Shown here: piece after piece, positions 1-4,445 of the stretch
How positions within the stretch are numbered: the stretch's first letter is position 1
Layout of the letters: each line of letters opens with the position of its first letter
Virus record (IMG/VR): IMGVR_UViG_2579778609_000006
DNA length: 4,445 nt
Reading direction: 5' to 3' (one strand)
DNA from: a virus
Taxonomy: Duplodnaviria > Heunggongvirae > Uroviricota > Caudoviricetes
The notes under the pieces: generated by a model
The model's database searches: none
What the model was told of the DNA's origin: nothing
Seen by the model: the letters and a program-made list of their open reading frames with translations, nothing else
Program-made: the position numbers and the translations under genes

Positions 1-314
1 GCAATTTTGAGAATAAAGTTACGGTAACTTTAGCGTTACGGGACAAAAAACGCTTTGACGGTGAAATTTTTGACCTGGACATCTCGCTGGACCGTGTTGA
101 AGGTGCCGCGCTGGAGTTTTATGAGGCAGCAGCCAGAATGAGCATCAGACAGGTCTTCCTGGATGTTGCTGCCGGGTTATGTGAAGGGGATGAGCAGTCG
201 CCGGAAAAGCGCCCCGTAATTTTAGAGGCGCAGAATGTATGGATAACCTACAAAGGAAAGCTACCGGGAAGAATTACTGGTTCTCTGAAGACTCCTCCGG
301 AATCACAACCTTAA
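1..314 (+). CDS. Hypothetical protein, C-terminal 104 codons (5' end lies upstream of the window); hydrophilic, not holin-like; tentatively YdfR/DUF1327-like
   Basis: Open frame with codons phased from position 3 runs uninterrupted to TAA at 312-314 (translation NFENKVTVTLALRDKKRFDGEIFDLDISLDRVEGAALEFYEAAARMSIRQVFLDVAAGLCEGDEQSPEKRPVILEAQNVWITYKGKLPGRITGSLKTPPESQP). Same strand as, and 63 bp upstream of, the endolysin gene. Absent from the ORF track only because its start codon lies outside the window. No transmembrane-like hydrophobic segments, so not a holin. The family assignment is a recollection of the gene between essQ and rrrQ in E. coli Qin prophage, not verified. Confidence 0.55.
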   Translation, partial: NFENKVTVTLALRDKKRFDGEIFDLDISLDRVEGAALEFYEAAARMSIRQVFLDVAAGLCEGDEQSPEKRPVILEAQNVWITYKGKLPGRITGSLKTPPESQP

Positions 315-377
315 GTCACTGACCGGAACAGATAAACCTGTCCGTGGGCAGAAACCGATAAATCCTGATAAATATCC

Positions 378-911
378 ATGAACGCAAAAATCAGATACGG
401 CCTGTCGGCTGCCGTTCTGGCACTGATTGCCGTCGGTGCGCCCGCGCCTGATATTCTCGACCAGTTTCTGGATGAAAAAGAAGGTAACCACACAACGGCA
501 TACCGCGATGGGTCCGGCATCTGGACCATCTGTCGGGGTGCCACGATGGTGGATGGAAAACCCGTTTTTCCCGGTATGAAACTGTCGAAGGAAAAATGCG
601 ACCAGGTCAACGCCATTGAGCGTGATAAGGCGCTGGCATGGGTGGAGCGCAATATTAAAGTACTACTGACCGAACCACAAAAAGCGGGTATAGCGTCATT
701 CTGTCCCTATAACATTGGCCCCGGTAAGTGTTTCCCGTCGACGTTTTATAAGCGGCTGAATGCCGGTGATCGTAAGGGCGCATGCGAGGCGATTCGCTGG
801 TGGATAAAAGATGGTGGGCGCGATTGCCGCATACGTTCAAATAACTGCTATGGACAGGTTATTCGTCGTGACCAGGAAAGCGCATTAGCCTGTTGGGGGA
901 TAGAGCAGTGA
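378..911 (+). CDS. R: SAR (signal-anchor-release) endolysin, phage lysozyme of the T4-lysozyme-like / P21 R21 type (177 aa)
   Basis: ATG at 378, TGA at 909-911. N-terminal weakly hydrophobic Gly/Ala-rich segment ([18 protein letters not shown], residues 7-24) typical of SAR domains, followed by the catalytic-triad spacing E35-x8-D44-x5-T50 ([16 protein letters not shown]) characteristic of R21-type lysozymes. Sits directly upstream of Rz/Rz1. It is not the lambda R transglycosylase. Confidence 0.9.
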   Translation: MNAKIRYGLSAAVLALIAVGAPAPDILDQFLDEKEGNHTTAYRDGSGIWTICRGATMVDGKPVFPGMKLSKEKCDQVNAIERDKALAWVERNIKVLLTEPQKAGIASFCPYNIGPGKCFPSTFYKRLNAGDRKGACEAIRWWIKDGGRDCRIRSNNCYGQVIRRDQESALACWGIEQ

Positions 912-1369
912 GCAGAGTCGCCGCGATTATTTATGCTTTGGTTATCTGCATCATCGTCTGCCTGTCGTGGGCGGTCAATCATTACCGTGATAACGCCATC
1001 GCCTACAAAGAACAGCGTGATAAAAAAGTCAGTGAGCTGAAGCAGTCGATCGCCACCATCGCTGACATGCAGCAGCGTCAGCGTGATGTTGCTGCACTCG
1101 ATGCAAAGTACTCGAGAGAATTAGCCAATGCGAAAGCTGAAAATGAAACTCTGCGCGCTGATGTTGCCGCTGGTCGTCGTCGGTTGCACATCAAAGCAGT
1201 CTGTCAGTCAGTGCGTGAAGCCACCACCGCCTCCGGCGTGGATAATGCAACCAGCCCCCGACTGGCAGACACCGCTGAACGGGATTATTTCACCCTCAGA
1301 GAGAGGCTGATCACTATGCAAAAACAACTGGAAGGAACCCAGAAGTATATTAATGAGCAGTGCAGATAG
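908..1369 (+). CDS. Rz: Rz i-spanin (inner-membrane spanin subunit), 153 aa
   Basis: Translation from GTG at 908 gives [29 protein letters not shown]...[13 protein letters not shown], near-identical to my recollection of lambda Rz (identical C-terminal half). N-terminal TM segment then coiled-coil-like region. The GTG start overlaps the endolysin stop (GTGA at 908-911). The ORF track's 893 start is a TTG in the same frame; 908 is preferred because it matches the lambda Rz N-terminus. Confidence 0.9.
   Translation: MSRVAAIIYALVICIIVCLSWAVNHYRDNAIAYKEQRDKKVSELKQSIATIADMQQRQRDVAALDAKYSRELANAKAENETLRADVAAGRRRLHIKAVCQSVREATTASGVDNATSPRLADTAERDYFTLRERLITMQKQLEGTQKYINEQCR
1128..1310 (+). CDS. Rz1: Rz1 o-spanin (outer-membrane lipoprotein spanin subunit), 60 aa, nested in the +1 frame of Rz
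   Basis: ATG at 1128; [60 protein letters not shown]. Lipobox LVVVGC with Cys20, a penta-proline stretch, and complete embedding within Rz, as in lambda Rz1. Confidence 0.9.
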   Translation: MRKLKMKLCALMLPLVVVGCTSKQSVSQCVKPPPPPAWIMQPAPDWQTPLNGIISPSERG

Positions 1370-1372
1370 AGC

Positions 1373-1390
1373 TGCCCATATCGATGGGCA
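1373..1390. repeat. Short inverted repeat / hairpin (7-bp stem TGCCCAT/ATGGGCA, 4-nt loop) in the 31-bp gap between the convergent Rz and bor genes
   Basis: Read directly: tgcccat-atcg-atgggca. No clear U-tract on either strand, so terminator function is doubtful; confidence refers to function, the repeat itself is present. Confidence 0.3.
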
Positions 1391-1400
1391 ACTCATGCAA

Positions 1401-1694
1401 TTATTGTGAGCAATACACACGCGCTTCCAGTGGAGTATAAATGCCTAAAGTAATAAAACCGAGAAATCCATTTACGAATGTTTGCTGGGTTTCTGTTTTA
1501 ACAACATTTTCTGCGCCGCCACAAATTTTGGCTGCATCAACAGTTTTCTCCTGTCCAATTCCCGAAACGAAGAAATGATGGGTGATGGTTTCCTTTGGTG
1601 TTACTGCTGTCGGTTTGTTTCCAACAGTAAACGTCTGTTGAGCACATCCTGTAATAAGCATTGCCAGAGCGGCAGAAAACAACATTTTTTTCAT
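1401..1694 (-). CDS. bor: Bor outer-membrane lipoprotein (serum-resistance moron), 97 aa
   Basis: Minus-strand ATG at 1694 (AGGA Shine-Dalgarno 8-11 nt upstream), stop at 1401-1403. Translation MKKMLFSAALAMLITGCAQQTFTVGNKPTAVTPKETITHHFFVSGIGQEKTVDAAKICGGAENVVKTETQQTFVNGFLGFITLGIYTPLEARVYCSQ has lipobox LITGC and is near-identical to my recollection of lambda Bor. The ORF-track start at 1742 adds 16 codons in frame; the shorter start matches Bor and has the RBS. AT-rich relative to neighbouring genes. Confidence 0.9.
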   Translation of the reverse strand: MKKMLFSAALAMLITGCAQQTFTVGNKPTAVTPKETITHHFFVSGIGQEKTVDAAKICGGAENVVKTETQQTFVNGFLGFITLGIYTPLEARVYCSQ

Positions 1695-1891
1695 CTTATT
1701 ATCCTGCATTGTTAAAAACGGCAGAATCCTATGTGACAACAATTAAACGATAGTTAAATGGATTGATGAAAATTAAAACTATATAGGTGGATGCTCAGCC
1801 TATTGGAGGAGGGGGGCACTCAGAATCCTGTGGAATGAAATAAACCGCTCTTTCTGTCCATTACCCTTTTAGCTGCGCTGTATCGTCGCCG

Positions 1892-1956
1892 TATTCCCGC
1901 ATTAACCATGACCGTAGCCCGACGGGGAATTCCTTCTGCGTGAGTGTGCGGGAATA
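1892..1956. repeat. Perfect 10-bp inverted repeat (TATTCCCGCA at 1892-1901 / TGCGGGAATA at 1947-1956) with a 45-bp spacer, in ORF-free DNA
   Basis: Read directly from the sequence; the spacer contains the palindrome GGAATTCC and a CCCGACGGG mini-palindrome. A 10-bp inverted repeat within 60 bp is only marginally unexpected by chance in 4.4 kb (rough expectation ~0.25). Function unknown. Confidence 0.4.
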
Positions 1957-2053
1957 ATCAAAAACGATGCACACCGGGTTTTACTGTGCTGACAGACGCA
2001 GGGTTACCCTCATAGTCGCTTTTCCGGTGCGATGGTGGAAGAAACCGGGATGT

Positions 2054-2248
2054 TTATTCATCATCACTCTGGATTGATGTATATGCTCTCTTTTCTGACG
2101 TTAGTCTCCGACGGCAGGCTTCAATGACCCAGGCTGAGAAATTCCCAGACCCTTTTTGCTCAAGAGCGATGTTAATTTGTTCAATCATTTGGTTAGGAAA
2201 GCGGATGTTGCGGGTTGTTGTTCTGCGGGTTCTGTTCTTAGTTGACAT
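2054..2248 (-). CDS. Small basic protein, YlcI/YnfO-like (DUF3950), 64 aa; possible ribbon-helix-helix DNA-binding fold
   Basis: Minus-strand ATG at 2248, TAA at 2054-2056. Translation MSTKNRTRRTTTRNIRFPNQMIEQINIALEQKGSGNFSAWVIEACRRRLTSEKRAYTSIQSDDE has a basic N-terminal arm followed by a short strand-helix-helix-like segment. The family assignment is from memory of E. coli prophage small proteins, not verified. Confidence 0.6.
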   Translation of the reverse strand: MSTKNRTRRTTTRNIRFPNQMIEQINIALEQKGSGNFSAWVIEACRRRLTSEKRAYTSIQSDDE

Positions 2249-2442
2249 GAGGTTGCCCCGTATTCAGTGTCGCTGATTTGTATTGTCTGAAGTTGTTTTT
2301 ACGTTAAGTTGATGCAGATCAATTAATACGATACCTGCGTCATAATTGATTATTTGACGTGGTTTGATGGCGTAGATGCACGTTGTGACATGTAGATGAT
2401 AATTATTATCATTTTGCGGGTCCTTTCCGGCGATCCGACAGG

Positions 2443-2464
2443 TTACGGGGCGGCGACCTCGCGG
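2443..2464. other. cosN: terminase nicking site with the lambda 12-nt cohesive end GGGCGGCGACCT at 2448-2459
   Basis: Sequence ...ccgacaggttacg|GGGCGGCGACCT|cgcgggttttcgctatttatg... matches the joined right and left ends of mature lambda DNA as I recall them. Position is immediately upstream of cosB and Nu1, as in lambda. Confidence 0.85.
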
Positions 2465-2499
2465 GTTTTCGCTATTTATGAAAAATTTCCGGTTTAAGG

Positions 2500-2612
2500 C
2501 ATTTCCGTTCTTCTTCGTCATAACTTAATGTTTTTATTTAAAATACCCCCTGAAAAGAAAGGAAACGACAGGTGCTGAAAACGAGCTTTTGGGCCTCTGT
2601 CGTTTCCTTTCT
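2500..2612. promoter_or_regulatory. cosB: gpNu1-binding R elements R3 (2500-2515 catttccgttcttctt), R2 (2556-2571 agaaaggaaacgacag) and R1 (2597-2612 ctgtcgtttcctttct), with an AT-rich presumed IHF-bending segment between R3 and R2
   Basis: R2 and R1 are exact reverse complements of each other (read directly); R3 is a related copy. Arrangement and sequences match lambda cosB as I recall it. The IHF site is inferred from position and AT-richness only. Confidence 0.8.
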
Positions 2613-2636
2613 CTGTTTTTGGCCGTGGAATGAACA

Positions 2637-3182
2637 ATGGAAGTCAACAAAAAGCAGCTGGCTGACATTTTCGGTGCGAGTATCCGTACCATTCAGAACT
2701 GGCAGGAACAGGGAATGCCCGTTCTGCGAGGCGGTGGCAAGGGTAATGAGGTGCTTTATGACTCTGCCGCCGTCATAAAATGGTATGCCGAAAGGGATGC
2801 TGAAATTGAGAACGAAAAGCTGCGCCGGGAAGTTGAAGAACTGCGGCAGGCCAGCGAGACAGATCTCCAGCCAGGGACTATTGAGTACGAACGCCATCGA
2901 CTTACGCGTGCGCAGGCCGACGCACAGGAACTGAAGAATGCCAGAGACTCCGCTGAAGTGGTGGAAACCGCATTCTGTACTTTCGTGCTGTCGCGGATCG
3001 CAGGTGAAATTGCCAGTATTCTCGACGGGATCCCCCTGTCGGTGCAGCGGCGTTTTCCGGAACTGGAAAACCGACATGTTGATTTCCTGAAACGGGATAT
3101 CATCAAAGCCATGAACAAAGCAGCCGCGCTGGATGAACTGATACCGGGGTTGCTGAGTGAATATATCGAACAGTCAGGTTAA
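2637..3182 (+). CDS. Nu1: Terminase small subunit gpNu1 (181 aa)
   Basis: ATG at 2637, TAA at 3180-3182. MEVNKKQLADIFGASIRTIQNWQEQGMPVLRGGGKGNEV... is near-identical to my recollection of lambda Nu1, including the N-terminal winged-HTH region and the GGGKG motif (K35). Lies immediately downstream of cosB. Confidence 0.95.
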   Translation: MEVNKKQLADIFGASIRTIQNWQEQGMPVLRGGGKGNEVLYDSAAVIKWYAERDAEIENEKLRREVEELRQASETDLQPGTIEYERHRLTRAQADAQELKNARDSAEVVETAFCTFVLSRIAGEIASILDGIPLSVQRRFPELENRHVDFLKRDIIKAMNKAAALDELIPGLLSEYIEQSG

Positions 3183-4445
3183 CAGGCTGCGGCATTTTGT
3201 CCGCGCCGGGCTTCGCTCACTGTTCAGGCCGGAGCCACAGACCGCCGTTGAATGGGCGGATGCTAATTACTATCTCCCGAAAGAATCCGCATACCAGGAA
3301 GGGCGCTGGGAAACACTGCCCTTTCAGCGGGCCATCATGAATGCGATGGGCAGCGACTACATCCGTGAGGTGAATGTGGTGAAGTCTGCCCGTGTCGGTT
3401 ATTCCAAAATGCTGCTGGGTGTTTATGCCTACTTTATAGAGCATAAGCAGCGCAACACCCTTATCTGGTTGCCGACGGATGGTGATGCCGAGAACTTTAT
3501 GAAAACCCACGTTGAGCCGACCATCCGCGATATTCCGTCGCTGCTGGCGCTGGCTCCGTGGTATGGCAAAAAGCACCGGGATAACACGCTCACTATGAAG
3601 CGTTTTTCCAATGGTCGTGGCTTCTGGTGCCTGGGCGGTAAAGCGGCAAAAAACTACCGTGAAAAGTCGGTGGATGTGGCGGGTTATGATGAACTTGCTG
3701 CCTTTGATGAGGATATTGAACAGGAAGGCTCTCCGACGTTCCTTGGCGACAAACGTATTGAAGGCTCGGTCTGGCCAAAGTCCATCCGTGGCTCCACGCC
3801 CAAAGTGAGAGGCACCTGTCAGATTGAGCGTGCAGCCAGTGAATCCCCGCATTTTATGCGTTTTCATGTTGCCTGCCCGCATTGCGGGGAGGAGCAGTAT
3901 CTTAAATTTGGCGACAAAGAGACGCCGTTTGGCCTCAAATGGACGCCGGATGACCCCTCCAGCGTGTTTTATCTCTGCGAGCATAATGCCTGCGTCATCC
4001 GCCAGCAGGAGCTGGACTTCACTGATGCCCGTTATATCTGCGAAAAGACCGGGATCTGGACCCGTGATGGCATTCTCTGGTTTTCGTCATCCGGTGAAGA
4101 GATTGAGCCGCCGGACAGCGTGACCTTTCACATCTGGACGGCGTACAGCCCGTTCACCACCTGGGTGCAGATTGTCAAAGACTGGATGAAAACGAAAGGG
4201 GATACGGGAAAACGTAAAACCTTCGTAAACACCACGCTCGGTGAGACGTGGGAGGCGAAAATTGGCGAACGTCCGGATGCTGAAGTGATGGCAGAGCGGA
4301 AAGAGCATTATTCAGCGCCCGTTCCTGACCGTGTGGCTTACCTGACCGCCGGTATCGACTCCCAGCTGGACCGCTACGAAATGCGTATATGGGGATGGGG
4401 ACCGGGTGAGGAAAGCTGGCTGATTGACCGGCAGATTATTATGGG
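3157..4445 (+). CDS. A: Terminase large subunit gpA, N-terminal 429 codons (3' end beyond window)
   Basis: GTG start at 3157 overlapping the last 26 nt of Nu1. Translation (M)NISNSQVNRLRHFVRAGLRSLFRPEPQTAVEWADANYYLPKESAYQEGRWETLPF... is near-identical to my recollection of lambda gpA. Walker-A-like KSARVGYSK with K76 at 3382-3384; four Cys C240/C243/C274/C279 at 3874-3993. The frame stays open to the window end. Not in the ORF track because no in-window stop. Confidence 0.95.
   Translation, partial: MNISNSQVNRLRHFVRAGLRSLFRPEPQTAVEWADANYYLPKESAYQEGRWETLPFQRAIMNAMGSDYIREVNVVKSARVGYSKMLLGVYAYFIEHKQRNTLIWLPTDGDAENFMKTHVEPTIRDIPSLLALAPWYGKKHRDNTLTMKRFSNGRGFWCLGGKAAKNYREKSVDVAGYDELAAFDEDIEQEGSPTFLGDKRIEGSVWPKSIRGSTPKVRGTCQIERAASESPHFMRFHVACPHCGEEQYLKFGDKETPFGLKWTPDDPSSVFYLCEHNACVIRQQELDFTDARYICEKTGIWTRDGILWFSSSGEEIEPPDSVTFHIWTAYSPFTTWVQIVKDWMKTKGDTGKRKTFVNTTLGETWEAKIGERPDAEVMAERKEHYSAPVPDRVAYLTAGIDSQLDRYEMRIWGWGPGEESWLIDRQIIM

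Noticed and set aside
303-840. Minus-strand ORFs 303-491, 311-652 and 655-840
   Set aside because: Antisense to the well-supported SAR endolysin gene and the upstream ORF; no supporting signals.
893-907. TTG at 893 as the Rz start (as given in the ORF track)
   Set aside because: The GTG at 908 gives the N-terminus MSRV..., which matches lambda Rz, and overlaps the endolysin stop in the classic coupled arrangement; the five extra codons have no support.
1208-1420. Minus-strand ORF 1208-1420 (70 aa) and + strand ORF 1482-1715 (77 aa)
   Set aside because: The first is antisense to Rz/Rz1 (its poly-Gly is the reverse of the Rz1 poly-Pro tract); the second is antisense to bor. Both are shadow ORFs.
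1695-1742. Longer Bor start at 1742 (113 aa)
   Set aside because: The ATG at 1694 has a properly spaced AGGA RBS and gives the 97-aa lipoprotein precursor starting MKKM with signal peptide and lipobox; the 16-codon extension would bury the signal peptide.
1800-1990. Possible tRNA or tmRNA-like attachment-site remnant in the ORF-free region
   Set aside because: No cloverleaf could be built: there is no GTTC-type T-arm with a matching acceptor stem and no CCA-proximal stem. The palindromes present are better described as simple inverted repeats.
2264-2521. 85-codon minus-strand ORF spanning the cos site as an independent gene
   Set aside because: It crosses cosQ, cosN and R3, would be cut in packaged DNA, has an AT-rich low-complexity translation and no recognisable RBS. 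Kept only as a note in a finding because it is in frame with the downstream DUF3950 gene.
2538-3118. Minus-strand ORFs 2538-3077 (179 aa) and 2756-3118 (120 aa), and + strand ORF 2572-2778 (68 aa)
   Set aside because: These overlap Nu1 and cosB. Nu1 in the + frame at 2637-3182 is strongly supported; these are shadow ORFs and the 2572 ORF runs through the R1 site with no RBS.
3217-3984. 255-codon minus-strand ORF, plus shorter ORFs at 3429-3611(-), 3593-3778(-), 3611-3808(+), 3824-4123(+) and 4087-4308(-)
   Set aside because: All lie inside, antisense to, or out of frame with the terminase large subunit gene A, whose translation is near-identical to lambda gpA. Their translations are low-complexity and Arg/Gly-rich, typical of shadow ORFs in GC-rich coding DNA.
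1-4445. CRISPR array, transposon or IS ends, integrase/att site, toxin-antitoxin pair or known defence-system gene
   Set aside because: No spaced direct repeats, no terminal inverted repeats flanking a transposase, and every substantial ORF is accounted for by lysis, moron or packaging functions. I cannot support a claim of a novel multi-gene system in this window.

Overview
This window is the late-region junction of a lambda-like (lambdoid) phage or prophage, read on the + strand: the tail of a hydrophilic unknown ORF, a SAR-type endolysin, the nested spanin pair Rz/Rz1, the minus-strand lipoprotein gene bor, a minus-strand small DUF3950-like ORF, a complete cos site (cosN cohesive end GGGCGGCGACCT at 2448-2459, with cosB R3/R2/R1 repeats), then terminase small subunit Nu1 and the first 429 codons of terminase large subunit A. 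Rz, Rz1, Bor, cos, Nu1 and A are near-identical to my recollection of phage lambda; the endolysin and the ORF upstream of it are not lambda-like, so this is a mosaic lambdoid. I found no rRNA, tRNA, CRISPR array or transposon end. I do not see a convincing new multi-gene system here; the items most worth follow-up are the unknown ORF sitting where a holin is expected (1-314) and the ~310-bp ORF-free stretch between bor and the DUF3950 gene (1743-2053). All homology statements come from reading the translations and from memory of lambda/E. coli prophage proteins, not from a database search.
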